The notes below the pieces were generated by a model that was not told the DNA's origin, ran no database searches, and worked only from the letters and a program-made list of their open reading frames with translations. From Octopus sinensis (Eukaryota): a stretch of DNA of 64,000 nucleotides. Shown here piece after piece: positions 24,928-39,329 of this stretch; position 1 is the first letter of the stretch; the number at the start of each line of letters is the position of its first letter. The stretch is taken from contig NC_043010.1 of assembly GCF_006345805.1 (NCBI RefSeq), forward strand, positions 45,632,001 through 45,696,000. Direction: 5' to 3'. The translations under genes and the position numbers were made by a program.

Positions 24928-27664
24928 GTGAGTTGATATTATGTGGAATTTTCATTAGAGCAGAAACTCTAACCTTCCTTGATAATATATATATATATAT
25001 CGTGATGATAAGTTTTTACAAAAACATAGCTAGTGTGCTGACTTATTTCCTATTCTCTTTCTTCACTTGTTTCCAGTCCATTTTTATTTTTCCTCTTTTT
25101 CATTTTTATTATAATGAATTATATTATCAGATCTTAAATGACTAAAAATCATTTTGTTTTTTATATATTTCCATTGATTGTTCATCCATTCTGTCTTCAC
25201 AAAAAAAGGGAAAAAGAAAAAAAATTGCCAATAGGAAAAGTATACATGTGCCAAGAGAGAATAGTAAAACAGTTTCACTAAGCCTGATTTATTTTACTTA
25301 CTTTTTTGATATGCCTGTTGGATGTTTTCCCTTCTTAATGATTATGCAATTCATCTATTGAATCTTGAATATTCATGCAATGATATTACTTTTAGTCAGA
25401 TTCATTTATGAGTTTAGCTCTCTAATAAACTAAATCTTAAAGTTGTCATAGAAAGTAACTACATTTTGAAAATAGAAATTGCATTTTGAAAGGGACTGCA
25501 TGGCAACAGGAACATCTAGAATATTTGGATTTTCTTTTCATATACTTACTGTGAAATGCAGTTTTATTTGTTATTACTGCATACTAATTTTTCAATCTAT
25601 GGAGAAAAATATTTGGATATGTGTGAAAATAATTATGTATGGATATCTTCAATTTTCAAACTATTATATGAATTTTTTTTTTTAGAAAATTTGATGTTAC
25701 ATCAAATCTAACTGCCATCCCACTCACCAAATAGACAGATTTATGGATAGATAGATTTATGGATACATTTACATATTAAAAATGTCTTTATCAAGAAAGA
25801 CATTGACACCAACTGACTATGGTTTAATTCCATAAATTTCTTAGAAATTTTGTTTCTCATGTCTACTATGTCATATATAGTGGGGGAAAAAAGCTTTCAG
25901 GTATTCAGAGTGATTATAGATTTGCTATTCTCATTGTAATTTCTACTTTTCAGTCTTAGCCTATATTTCTTTTCAGACTCACACATGCATCTAGTTTTAT
26001 GAGGTCTATAATTTTACTCTTTATAGCTTGCTGTAATCTTAGCATTTTTACATTCTTCTGTAAGCTGATCAGCTCTTGTAATCTTTTTGTGGACTAGTAT
26101 CAATCTCAAATCATTTTCTTTTTTTGTCATGATTGTAACTGTATTTTTAACTATTCTTCCATTGGTGGAATGTGCCTGCATTATATTGTCTCTCAGATAT
26201 TGTATGGTAGCTCGTATTCTTTTTCATCCTGCTTATTCGTTATTTCTTTACATTTTTAAAAACCATCCTAAGGTGTGAGATAAACAAATATAAAAACAAC
26301 TAAAATATTTTCTAGAGATTTTTGTTCAAAAGGTACATTATAAGTATAAAAAAAATTACAGAAACAACTAAAGAGAAAAGAACATTTTCTTACTATACAG
26401 GCAGTTTCCATTAAGTTAGTAACAAAAATAATTGAATCCTTTCTCTCTGTCTCCATGGCAAACATATGTATATATGTTTACACACAATTGCTCTTAGCTT
26501 TTTTTTTTGTTTCTTATTGCATTTGAAATTTTCTTTTAATACCATTTCTTACCTCTAACAACATTCCCACAGTTTTGTGACAAAAAGTTGTTTTGGTTAA
26601 AGTTTTGGTTTCGTAAATTTTTGTTTTCCGTTATTTTCCTTTATAATGAAAATCACCTTAATTTGGTGGTATCACAAAAATCTTATTGATCAAATGTGTT
26701 ACTTTGGATGACTTCTTTGACAGCAGCACTGGAATCTGCAGCTGTTGCTCCACACATATCGACTTATTGGAATCTAACACATTTCATAATTTTTTTTACT
26801 TTGTTTTGTGTGAAAACCAAAAAATATATTTAACTATTTATTTGCATTGGTTATATAGGTAGCTTAGAGAATCTAAAAAAAAATATCACTCCCCACTTTT
26901 CTAAGCTTTAACTTCGATTATTGGCTGTTACTGTAATATTTACTTATACAGTACAGTGGTAATAATTCTTTATCTGTTCTTTCTCCATTCTTATATCTCA
27001 TTTGCATTCCATCTTTGAGATAACAAGATATTCTGAAATTAAAAAGTTGAATATTTTGTAATGATCGTTACGAAATAAATACAAGCTGTGTGTGTGTGTG
27101 AGAGAGAGAGAGAAAGCGAGAACCTGTGTCTACCTTCACATATTTCCTAATTTCAGAGTTAAAAGACGTCTTGATATCAAAAATAAAAGATCTTGTAATT
27201 TTCTTCATAAAATACAAAATCTAACATTCCAGAGAGAAAAAAAAAAGGAAATGTTTTCAATTTTATTTGAAATTATCTGAAAAGATAAGCTTATTATATA
27301 ACTGTTTCTATTTTGTTTCAAATATATCTTAGATAAATTCACTGATGATATTTAAGAAACCATTGATTATAGAATTTGGTGAATTATGTAAATTCCATTT
27401 ACTGAGTCATTAAAATTTGTATCTATTTGTGTGTGTGTGCACATGCACACACATGTTATTAATGTTTTTGGATCAGCAAGGATGTTGTGCCTATGTAAGA
27501 TATCAAAATCATAACAAAATTAAAAATAAAGTAATATTGTAAGTATGAATGATCTACATAGTAAAAGAAAACCATAAATTAGTTATGTTTTTTTAAAATT
27601 TTTATTGTGAAAAATATGAATATATATTTAAGGACAATTGCATAAAAAATGTGCTGATCACTTA

Positions 27665-28020
27665 CAGTGTATAGAAGTTGTGGAAGAGGGAGGCCCAAGA
27701 AGACATGAGCCGAAGTATTGAATGGCTGATCTCAAAATGTTGAGCCTTACAAAAGAGATGACAAAGGACTGAAATATATGGTGCATTACTGTATTCAAGA
27801 AGACCTGCCGACCACAACAGAATTGATATCTTAAAACCACCATGGTAATGCTTGTCCGTGAGGGACACTGTCCTGTCAGTTTTCTCCTCCAACTCATATT
27901 TCATCCCCTAACACCCAAAAACACTGGTGATGGTGCCACGTAAAAAGCACTGGTATTAGTGCTACGTAAAAAAACATTGGAGCAGGTATTACATAAAAAG
28001 TATCCAGTACACTCTGTTAG
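27665..28020 (+). mobile_element. RTE LINE 3' fragment (ORF end plus 3'UTR repeats)
   Basis: Broken translation SCGRGRPKKT*AEVL / LKMLSLTKEMTKD*NIWCITVFKKT, followed by gtgccacgtaaaaagcac 3'UTR units and ccagtacactc. Confidence 0.75.
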
Positions 28021-29413
28021 GTAACTCACCATAATCATGTCTGTCTCTCTGTTATTCTTGCAGTTACAATAGTTTCCAATTCTTTGGACTTACAAAATGC
28101 ATACCATTGCTCAAATTTCTCTTTATCTCAAACGACTCTACTGAAATTCACTCAACTAGACTTCATACTAAACATTTTTCTTAATCCATCTTCCTCAAAA
28201 TACAACCTTCTAGAAACTCCTCCATGCTCATATCTCTAGTCAAAATATTAACCTCTTCAAACTAGACATCACTTGCAATGACCTTACTTGGATGGAATAT
28301 CAGATATGTGACTGTTTTTTGTCTACAATCCTCAGATTAATGAAAGAAATACACATATGTAAGCTTCTAAAGAATATCTTCAAATGCTATCATTTTTTTG
28401 GATTTGGTAACGATATTAGCATGAATTAAATAAAGGAAAAATATTAAAATTTCCAGACATTTTTGATTATATAATATGTGTAACCTAAATATTTTTATAT
28501 GTAGCTATCATTAGGGAAATAAATGTATATAAATGTCACTTATTTATTTAATGAATGAAAGAGCATTCAGTTAAATGCATGTACAACACACATGCGCATA
28601 GACATATACTGAAACAAGAGAAGGAAGTGTATTACTCTAATTGCTGTATAAAATGATAAATAATACTATGATCCCAGTTCTAACCTCTGTTCTTTAATAG
28701 CAGCATTACATAACCCCCCCACTACCACCATTTAATGAGTTTGTTGAAGCAAAAGACACGTTTTGCTGATAACAAATTTGTGTTAGAAACAACAAAAAAA
28801 GTGGGGAGACGGGGAATGAAAAAGTTAATCAATTGGAATTAATGTGGGTGCGTTTGCTTATTATCTTTCCGGAAATTCCTGACTTTTATTGTAGTTTGCT
28901 GAAAAAATTTATCTAAACAGAAAAAAAAAGACAAAAGGAAAAAAAACTGCATCTATATATGATTGCTGATGATTATGTGTGCTTAGACTGGTGTAAATAT
29001 TCATATCATCCCTCTTGACTGCAACTAGTATAAAAAAAAAAATAATAATAAAAAGAGATTGGAAACTTTTACTTGTAAAGCAAGTAAATGGAATGATAAA
29101 AATAAGTATCATTTTAGCTTGCATCATCTCATAATATCTCTGATCTGGTTTAGTACCATATCCACTGGGGCTTTTTTTTTTTTTCACCTGTACAATTACC
29201 AACTGCACTATCATTTCAATATAAGTTGTTTATTCCTGAATTGGCCCTGTTCAAGCAAAAAAGCATTCCTACCATGATCATCTACCTTTTTTTTTTTTTT
29301 TTCAGGCATAAGATACTTCATTATCCAACGTAATTTGAAGAAGATTGACTTGCTATTTCGAGCATTTTGTTATTGTTAATGGGTAGTCTAGTCTAGTTTA
29401 CTTCAACAGATTT

Positions 29414-29646
29414 TTAACCTTTAACATTTAAATTGGCCACATCTGGCCTTAATATTCTAATTCTACTTGTTTTATGTTCAAACTAGCTAGATCTGGTCTG
29501 CCACTCTTACTCTATAATGTCATTTTAAAAATAAAGACTCAACTCATTAAAATCTTGAAGCTACAAGATTCACCTTGATTACTTCAAACCAATGTGAATG
29601 AACAGACATTACATTTGACAGAGTAATCTGAATGGTAAAGTGTTAA
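29414..29646. mobile_element. TTAA-flanked (piggyBac-like) MITE
   Basis: ttaacc...ttaa ends; interior homologous to 41255-41471 and, in reverse, to 31401-31625. Confidence 0.7.
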
Positions 29647-30622
29647 CTCAGAAATATCTGATCACGCAAAATCATTCATGGCATTTTATTCAATTTATCT
29701 TTGTTGTAGGAATGTTGTTTTAAGATCTAAAACTTAAAACCATGGTCTGGTTTTTTAATGCAGAGAGTTTTGGCAAATTCATTATGCTGATAAAGAAATT
29801 TTGTGCAAGATCCTACATTTGCTCATTTTAAAATCTGTTTATCTAGTCATCATTTCATTTTATTGTCAAATTTTCTCATCTTTTACACTTCCTGAATCTT
29901 TTATATTTTCATATTTTTTACTTTATTTTTTTTTTTAGTGCTTTCTTCACCTGAAGAGAAAGTTTATCCATATTCCTGTATTACAATGACCTTTTTGTAA
30001 TGGCACTTTGTGCACTAGTAAAAAATGACTATGGAAATGGTTTACTCTAGTCTTTAATATACTTTTGAAAATGCTATAGCCAAAGGATTGTATCAGAGAA
30101 TTGCAGCATCAAACTAGTTTTAGTAAAGCTTGAAATCTACTTCTTATTGTTCTGCATCAAACAGAGTATTTTTCAATAAGTTGTCTTCTTGATGCAGGTA
30201 TTCATAAGACTGCCTTAAAGAAGTATTTTTCTAAGAAAAATAATTTTATTCTGCATTCTATTGAGACCAAATCAGATTAGAAACAGAAAAAGCTAGACTA
30301 TTTATTGTAAGTGAAAGGCATCTATACAAGTATTTCATCTCTGTTACTCTTTCTCTAGAAAGGTTGTGGCTGGCAAGATTCAGTTTTGTTTTCTAGTTAT
30401 AGAGTAATAGTTTTTGAATATTTCATTTTTTACTCTCCTACTTCCTTCCATCTAGGTGAATGCTTTACATTTTTTTCATTTTTATACAGGGTGGTATAAT
30501 ATGCAAATTATTTATTGTTCAAAGCAAAGGATAGAATGAAATTTTGATACAGTTAACATTTAGTAACCCATATTGTGTTTCTTTCCTGCTTGTATTAATT
30601 TGTAATATGTAGCCTAGTTGAG

Positions 30623-30830
30623 AAAGTTAAGATTATAGCACAAGGCCAGCAATTTTCAGGGAAGGGATAAGTTGATTACATTGACCACAGTACTGAACTG
30701 GAATTTATTTTATAAACCCCCAAAAGGATGAAAAGCAAAGTAGACCCCAACAGAATTTGAACTCAGAATGTAACAGTGGATGAAATTTCACTAAACATTT
30801 TGCCTGGCATGTTAATGATTCCACCACCTA
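30623..30830 (-). mobile_element. SINE family B
   Basis: cacaaggccagcaatttt...aaggatgaaaagcaaagt...atttgaactcagaa. Confidence 0.8.
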
Positions 30831-31400
30831 AATTTAATTATTATTAAGTAATAAATATTATTGTTTATTTATCTCCATCATGCTTCAAATTCTTTTTAAC
30901 CACAGTAACCATTAAGTGCCAGAGGCACAAATTCTGAGTGATGTTCTAATATAATTCTTCTTTAAATAGGCAAGTAACGTTGGGCAGTACATTAGCACTT
31001 TATCCATTTGGTCATTGTACATAATTTCTTCAACCATTTCACTGACCCTATTTGCAATAGGATTATACAGGCTGTGTTCCAGTTAATATTTAAAATATAT
31101 TTTAATGGATAAATTATGATTTGAAGTTTTATGGTTCTACTGGGCCAACAATATTTGGAACAAATTACTAATAGTTTGAAAATCTGGTATAATTTTTAGA
31201 GGGTATGAGTAACCACCGCTGGCCTTAACTGTGTCAGAACATAAAAAATTCTTAGGAAGTGTCACAGTAGTAATTGGCACTCAGGTGATGTTATGCTCTA
31301 TTATTTTTGACATCATATTCAAGTTAGTGAAATTATAAAAAATAATTAGCATGAAGAATAAAGAATGAGCTCCACTCAAAACACTGATTCTTGCACAATT

Positions 31401-31625
31401 TTAGCCCTCTAGCATTCAGATTGCTGTCAAAGTAATGCTTATTTATTCACATTGTTTTGAATTAATCATGCACTATCTCGTGAATTTGAGATTTTAATGA
31501 TGTGATTGTTTATTTTTAGAATGACATTATTGGGTAGCTGTGAGAGGCTCGATATGGCCAGTTTAAACATAAAATGGATAAAATATTTTGGCCAGATATG
31601 GCCAGTGTAAGTGTTAATGGGTTAA
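31401..31625. mobile_element. TTAA-flanked (piggyBac-like) MITE
   Basis: ttagccctctagcattcaga...tgttaatgggttaa; homologous to the other two copies. Confidence 0.7.
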
Positions 31626-32404
31626 TCATAATTCTTTCATCTTTCCTTGCAACAACATAATAGTATTTACAGTGATAACTAACTCCATGAACTATAGAAA
31701 CTCACAGAACTTCTGCCTCAAACTAAATAGTGTTCTATGAGTGAGAAAATTCCCTCCTTACACAGCCCTGTAAGCAAAAATAGAGATCTAAATGCTTGCA
31801 ACAGATATGAACTCATATTTCTGGTCTTGTTGTTTAGTACAGTGTCCACGAGGACAATGTAACTTATATATAATAACTGCTATTACATTTTTAGGATTTT
31901 TAGAATTATTATTAGTTCTGAATATTGCTCAAAATATAATGAAAGAAAAAAATGGTTACATTAATCATGTGTGTTGTTCTGTCGAAAAATTGTAATTTAA
32001 TGCAAATCAAACAAACAAAACCTTTTACTGGTGTCTCTCGTGTCTTTCTTTACTGAACACCTACAATTAATTATTCTATATTGCTCACTAAAGAAACAAA
32101 AAGTTAAACTCTTTCTGTTTACCTTTTCGACTTTGCTTTTCTTTGTCATTATGTTTTTATCGAGAATAATGATTAGTTGTATTTCTTTTACCTTTTTTTT
32201 TCATTTATTTAGCATAACGTTGTGTATTAAAGTAGTCATTATGAAGCCAAATTCCAATCAATTAGAGAGCTTTGGTATATATTATTTCACTTCCTTAGAA
32301 GCCACATTGAACATTTGCTGAAATGTGCATCTACAAGAAAAATTATTGTCTGTAGAAAGATGTTAGAATGTTACATGAATACATGCATACATAATCATAG
32401 ATTC

Positions 32405-32452
<48 letters not shown>

Positions 32453-33074
32453 GAACTAAGTCTATGACCAAGAATACATTTTCTTAGAAGATCAGCCCTG
32501 CTCATGTTTTTTTTCTTTCTTTTTTTTTTTGCTTTGTTTTCTAACTCCACTTAAGCAGGACTAATGGATTCTGGTTTACTTCTCAAAATAAGCTAAATAA
32601 GTTCCATCTATATGAAAAAGTGTGAAATTTATTACCGAGTCAAAGAATGAAAGTACTGCTGTTAAATTCTTATATAGAAGTGTTGAGCAATTGATGTGCT
32701 TCCTTAGTAATTAAGAAATTCTGAAAGGAGACACTTCTGTGTTTTTTTAAAATTTCATTCTAAAGTAAAGCTTTTAGAGTGACTGGAGCTTCTTCTTTGC
32801 ATGTATCAAGAGTAACTTCAGCACTGAGTTTTGGATATGAAATCTAAGCTGTAAACTCAAGCTGTAGACTTGCTGTGTGCAAGTGAGCTGAGAAAAGTGT
32901 TTCTTAAACATAGTAATAATAACTGTCCTGATGCATTTCCAGGCACTATGCCCTGATGCAATACAAGGCACTGACTCACATGGCTTCTGATCTTAATTGA
33001 TTGGAATTTTATCTTGGTATAAAAGATAGGCTACAGCAAATATTCTGCTCAATACCACAAATTTGCTTGTCAGT

Positions 33075-33410
33075 TGTTTGACCTTAACCAGTTGAACATG
33101 TCCCTTGGTGGCTGACGATATGTGCATCTCTGATCACAAGCAGAAGTAATGGGGAGGCATTATAGCCATGTGTTGAGAGAAATTCTTTGGGGTTTGAATA
33201 ATTCACCACTGGAAACATGTGTTTTGTTCAACATCCTTAAACCATTCTTATTCAGGGACCTTTTGAGTAAGATGGGCTACTTGACCTGAAGAAAATTCTA
33301 ACTGGGCCCCACCTGCAAGGTCATACATTGTTTATCTTCATATGAGATCACTATGTTGTGCACATATGATTGTGATGCATGTGCCTAGTATACTCTTTGG
33401 GCTTCATATT
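33075..33410. repeat. Unclassified interspersed-repeat-like segment
   Basis: Higher-GC non-coding block that partly shares gggctacttgacctg with family E; recognised by resemblance only. Confidence 0.35.
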
Positions 33411-33484
33411 ATTTTACCTCAGTCTCACTTTCATGGCATGCATTGCTATCTCATGCAATGATAATAATAATAGTAATAATAATT

Positions 33485-33760
33485 TTCTGTCATTGTCATC
33501 AGTGAGCAGGACATCACATAAGAGAAGAAGATGGGTCACAGTACATTTGGCTGTGGCCAATCAGTTCAATGTGTTCTCGGAAGGTTCTGCTGCAGGTCAG
33601 GCACTGGTGTTCTCCTGGGAATGAAGGTACAGAGTTGGCTCTGAACTTGTGCAGCTTGTGTTTTCTTTGTGCTTCTGCAATCCTATTCTGTTCATAGGAG
33701 GTTGCTGCAGCTACACCAGGCCGGGCAGTCTTGTGCTTGTATTTCCCAGGTGTCAGGAAC
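33485..33760 (-). mobile_element. RTE-clade LINE 3' fragment with C2H2 finger
   Basis: ORF 33514-33828 contains AATSYEQNRIAEAQRKHK...HQCLTCSRTFREHIELIGH, the BovB-type RTE C-terminus. Confidence 0.75.
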
Positions 33761-34629
33761 AGTACATACATATATACAGACATCTCTGTGTACTTAAGAA
33801 ATTCCCTCTGGAACCTTTGGTTTGGCAAGGTTCAATCCTACTGCATTGCAATTTGGGTTAAGTGTCTTTTACTATAGCCTCAAGTTGACAATTCCTTTAT
33901 AAGTGAAATCTGATACATGGAAACTATATGGAAGCCTTTTGTGTGAGTGTGTATATTCGCATTACCTACATTTGGACAGTGGTAATGTTTGTCTATGTCT
34001 CACATAACATGTCCTGCAGCTTAGCAGTTCAACTTGTGAAGAAATGTGGAATTTGAAAATATGGATTGGTGTCAGGAAGAGTATCTAGCCATGGAACACT
34101 GCCTCTAGAAGTCTTATCCAATCCATGCCAACATGGAAAAAGCAGATGTAAAAATGATAAGGATAATGAATTCTGAATTCCATTCTATTTGTATTTTATT
34201 TCGTTGTTTATTCTTTTTTACTACAGCCATGAGAAAAATTATTCACTCTATATGCTGGTATTTTATTTACTAAACGAATGCAATTGATAATGGCAATGTT
34301 TTTCTTTTTATAATAGGACTGTCACTATACATTTTCCTGTTTACAATACAATATTTTATAAATGAATTTATAAAACTTTAGGCAGGAAGTGGTGCCATAT
34401 AAGAATCTGCTGACTTGATAGCACAATACTGTGTCACTACGTCTAAGTTAATGAATTTCTCAGCAATTATAAATTGCTAAGTCCTTTTTTGAGAAGCTTC
34501 ATGTATATTTTAAGCATTCTGATTTTTGTTATCTTGATAACACTAACTACATACTCTTCCTTCTCTCCTCCAAATATTTAATGCAGATTGTATAACTTAC
34601 TGCAATTCAGCAAGGCAACTTCTTTACAG

Positions 34630-34795
34630 TTGTTTGACCTCCTAGGATCCTAGGAATAGTAGCTAAATACCTCTCAGATCATGATTTACCATCATTAAAA
34701 AAGGACATATTGTAGTCCCTGATATACAAAGAGGCTGGATGTTCATGACCAGAATGCCTTTTGTTATATCCCTGCTTAATCAATGTTAATATAAA
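34630..34795 (+). repeat. Dispersed repeat family E
   Basis: tgacctcctagg...aatagtagctaaat...ttaaaaaaggac...catgaccagaatgcctttt. Confidence 0.5.
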
Positions 34796-34874
34796 AAGTT
34801 AAGCAACAATATATTACATGTTTGTGGCAGGACAATTTATTTTGTTGTGTTTGAACTCTGTCTGAACCAAATCT

Positions 34875-35645
34875 CATCATCATCATCGACTAACATCGGT
34901 TTTTCATTCTGGCATGGGTCAGATAGTTTGACTGAGGTCTGGAGAGTCAGTGGCTGCACCAGGCTCCAATCTGATCTGGCAGAGTTTCTACAGCTGGATG
35001 CCCTTCCTAACGCTTACCACTCCAAGAGTGTAGTGGGTGCTTTTTATGTACCACCGGCACAGGATCCAATAAGGCAGGCCTGGCAACGAACATGTTCAGA
35101 TGGTGATTTTTACATGCCATCAGCACAGGAGCCAGTCAGTGGGTACTGGCATCAATCACAATCGGTTGGTGCTTTTTATGTGCCACTGGCACAAGCACAG
35201 GAGCCAGTCTGGCAGACCTGGCATTGACCATGTTTGGATGGTGCTTTTTACGTGCCATTAGCATGGGAGCCAGTCAGGGCACACTGACTTCAGCTACAAT
35301 ATTAGTTTTACTTGACTTCGCAGGTCTTCTCAAGCATATAATATCGCCTGACGCATCAGGAGTATTCTTAACAGGACTGGACATGTGTAGCTGTGATCTC
35401 ACTTTAGTTGTCGGGTCTTCTCAATCACAGCATCTCTCCAAAGGTTCCAGTCTCCTGTGAGGTCCAGTGTTCAAGGGTCATGCTTCACCACCTCATCCCA
35501 TGTCTTCCTGAGTCTACCTCTTCCACAAGTTCCTTCTACAGTTAGGGAGTGGCACTTCCTCACACACCTGTCTTCATTCATATGTAACACATGGCCATAC
35601 CAGCACAGTCGCCTCTCTTGCACACTACATTTGATGCTTCTTATG
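34875..35645 (-). mobile_element. 5'-truncated RTE LINE: ORF C-terminus, repeat-containing 3'UTR and (GAT)n tail
   Basis: ORF 35471-35737 gives SIKCSVQERRLCWYGHVLHMNEDRCVRKCHSLTVEGTCGRGRLRKTWDEVVKHD (RTE RRL-W-GHV...GRGRP-KTW signature). It is contiguous with about four gtgctttt-a-gtgcca units and the family C 3' end. Confidence 0.9.
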
Positions 35646-35894
35646 CTCCGTAGGCGGAGAATTGCCTTCATTGAAAAAATATCTAACCACTGTAGAAGAT
35701 TACCATTAATTCCAGATTTATCATTATCAAATACCATTTTGCTACTATATTCCTACAATCTTCTTTTATTAAACAAATTATTGCAGATTTATATTTCCTT
35801 TGAATGGACAATCCTACTTCACTCTAATTAATATTTGAGCTAATGAGGGCATCTGTACTTAGTTTTTTGTCTTATGAGAACTTTTCCTTCAAAG

Positions 35895-36045
35895 CACACT
35901 GCCAATTTTTTAAAGGATACGTCTGATAATGTAGCCCTAGATGCAATAAAACTAAAACCAACGGGATGGTCATGGCTGGAATACCTTTGATCAGAAGACT
36001 ATCAATTGGCACTGGCTTGGGAATGCTTATCAACAACATCTCAGT
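35895..36045 (+). repeat. Dispersed repeat family E
   Basis: gataatgtagccctagat...gggatggtcatggctggaatacctttgatca. Confidence 0.6.
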
Positions 36046-37916
36046 ATTTCTGCTGATTAAACCTTGTAGAATCCAACAGTGCTAGGCTTTTTCATCCTAG
36101 AGTCTAGACTGAATCAATAGTTCATCGCAGGAACATTGTTTTGCTATGGTAGGTTTTTTTCTAACAGATTTTAATCACATCAGCAAAATTATAAAGCTCT
36201 GCCAAATTCAGTTTTATTTGTTCGCCACTTAATCATTTCTTCCATTCATTCATTCAACACGATAATCAGTCCACATTAAACCTTTTACCTCTGCCACTGC
36301 TGTTATCATCTTCTTCATCCTCATCATCAACATCACCACCTCCACCACATTCTTCTTCTTCACACTCCAACATAATTTAGTTGATCATAAACATAATATG
36401 GTTTTGTAATAAAACTGTTAAGCCTGTATTGAAATTGCCCAAAATGTAGAAGATCAAGTCCATATTATTACCTAGTGTTACCATGGTATAATCAATTCTT
36501 ATTATGGTTAAACTGGAATAGGATCAGTAACCATGAGTTTTGCAGGTCCTCTGAGACTGGTGAGATCAATATTGTTGATATTCAACTTGAATATCTACAG
36601 ATAAAAGTTGAGCAATGAGGCAATTCCAGAAAATTGCTATTTTGGCTAAAGTCATATGTTGGCCTGATTGGAAGTGATATGTAGTAGTGACTGTCTTTAA
36701 ATCACTGAATTTCCAATCTAAATGCCAGAAGTTTATCCTCTATTGTTTTTTTTCTTTATTTACTTCATTAAAAGCAAGTACATTTTTATTTCACTATATA
36801 ACATTTTTAAAATATTGTATAGTAAAAAAAGCTGTTGATGTACAGGAAAAAGTGGAAATGTAACTCAACCTCAATGAGTAGTGGAACCAATAGAATGTGG
36901 ATTGGAGATAATCCTCGTGGTGCATTCTGCTAAGGAATAGTCTAACAAGAAATTATTATCCAAGAGATAAGAGACAGCTGAAATTTAAAAGGCAACTTAA
37001 GCTATGAGTTTTCATGTTAAATATGACTGAAAGGTTTGCTGATATCAAAGTGAATAACACTTGTTTCAGCAAAATTGTCTAGGGCAAGAGATCACTGGTC
37101 TTTAAGATGGGATGACTCTATGATAACCATACTGGTCACATTCTGTAATAGCTTAAAAAAAAAACTGAATGATGTCTTTGGAAGTTTTCTGGACACTAGA
37201 AAGTGCAATTAATAATGCCTTATTTGGGAGAACTTTCTGGTTAAGTATCATGGACTAATTTTGAACTTTCTTTTTGTCCATCAGTGTTACTAAGACTCTT
37301 TTTATGTAACAAGTGATACTAGTATAAGGCCAGTTAGCAGGTATGTCCAAGTGGTAGTGAAAAACAGAAAATATGTAGGCTTTTGCATTTAATCAAAGCA
37401 AAAGCATTGTCGTTTATAGATGATAAATGTCAACAGAGTAAAATGTAGATATTGCTCACTCACACTGCTTAAAAAATAGTAACTTGAGTGGTGTTTCTAT
37501 GCCTGCTGAGTTAACGATATGGTAGCAGAAATGAAAGTGGTGATAACCAGAGTTACTTTTTTCAATGAAAATTTCATAAGATGCTTTCAAGTTACATTTA
37601 CTGAAGGGATGAGCTTAAGAAATCAATTCTGTCTTTGGGAGAGACTATATGATTGGATTATTAATTAGGTATTTACAATGTGTTATATTGCTAGCACTAA
37701 TGCTCCTTTGAACTAGCTGTTGCCATATTCTTTGTAATGCCATTCTTTAATTTCTTCCAGATTTCTATTAACTTAACTAAACTAAACCCTTGAAGAATGG
37801 TTCCTTTTATTTTATTTTCTGCTGGAATTGGAAGAAGACTTTATTAGTGAATTATCTTCAAAACAAATTCATTTTTAGTGGAAGGGAATTGTGTTGCAGA
37901 AAGGTTTAACTGTCTA

Positions 37917-38134
37917 CAATGTTTCTCAACTGGGGTCCATATAAGACTTTGTTATTAAAATTTATATTCAATAAATTGTGTATGCTTTTACATTTTTTTA
38001 AATTCCTATTAATATTTTATTATAAAAATACAGTAAGATCTTTTTATGTATACATATTGAATGGCTATGGAGATCCACTAGAGTAGAATAGGAACCAAAA
38101 GAGTCCATAGGCAAAACATGTTTGAGAACCACTG
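37917..38134. mobile_element. hAT-like MITE
   Basis: caatgtttctcaa...ttgagaaccactg termini; homologous to 48747-48969. Confidence 0.75.
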
Positions 38135-38493
38135 GTTTATGAGTTTTGGTTTTCTTATCATCGAACCAGATAAACTGTATATGTTGCTCTCTTTTTTTTT
38201 ATTTTTTATCATGGTATTGTTATTTTTTTGTCATATTGATGTCATCATGTATGGATTTCAGACATCTGGATATTTTTGAGTGAAATATGTTTACCATGGT
38301 AACAAATTTAAAATATAATTATCATTTACAGAACTGTTCAATGTGTTGTAGCGTGGCAAGTGAATCAACAGCTAGCTTTGATTGCCATTTAGGATTGTTT
38401 TCATTTCCTTATGCTTTTAAAGAGAGGCATAAACAAACATTATACAAATTTTGCTCAGTGCATATTTAAAACAACTGAAAAAAACTTGATGTT

Positions 38494-38514
38494 ATAATAA
38501 TAATAATAATAATA

Positions 38515-38561
<47 letters not shown>

Positions 38562-38578
38562 CATTATTATTATTATTG
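38494..38578. repeat. (TAA)n/(TTA)n microsatellite
   Basis: Read directly from the sequence. Confidence 0.95.
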
Positions 38579-39329
38579 TCATGTTTTTAACAATTTCATG
38601 TGATATTCTACTGCACTTCCAGGTGCCCATCTGAGTTCCATTAACCCTCCTCCTCCTCATCATCATTTAAATGTCACTATTGAGTTCAAAACAAAATTAA
38701 ACAAATACATTATTCACTAATAATGATAATAACAACAACAACATGGTTGTTCTTTATGAATTTTGAGTGTTTTTTACTTTAATATGACTCATTCTCAGAA
38801 AATAAAGCACAATAAAAATTAATGAATGGCTTCCATAATTTTAATAATGTTGTTACAGAGATTTACTTGCATAGCAAGTGACCTGATCTGAGATTGTGTG
38901 CTGGAATGAAAACAATGAAGTGAATCTAACAGTTTTTGTGTGTTTCTTAAATGGCTTATAAACACCTTCCACGCTGCTATAATGTTGTTGATTTAGTTAT
39001 TATTGCAATTTAAATTTAATGTATGTAGGAACATGTATGTTTGTGTGCTTTTGTGTCTCTTTTGCAATGCTATCATGGTTTAGATATACATATTAGTGAG
39101 GTATTGTTTTACAGCTATATACCCTTCCTTATAGCTGACCCTTAACTGTTTACTGAATGAGGGATTTATTTCTTATTCACCACATCTTTAAAAGCACAAC
39201 TTCTAGAAGATGATTTCTTCAGAGAGGAAATGACAATGCAACTAGTGGCAGATCAGGGATTTTCAAAGAAACATAAACATACATACATAGGCATGCATGC
39301 ATGCACACACACACACACATGCACACAAC

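Noticed and set aside
27658-27904. Two minus-strand ORFs with a gtaagt donor at 27660-27665
   Set aside because: Antisense shadow of the plus-strand RTE C-terminus (GRGRPKKT motif).
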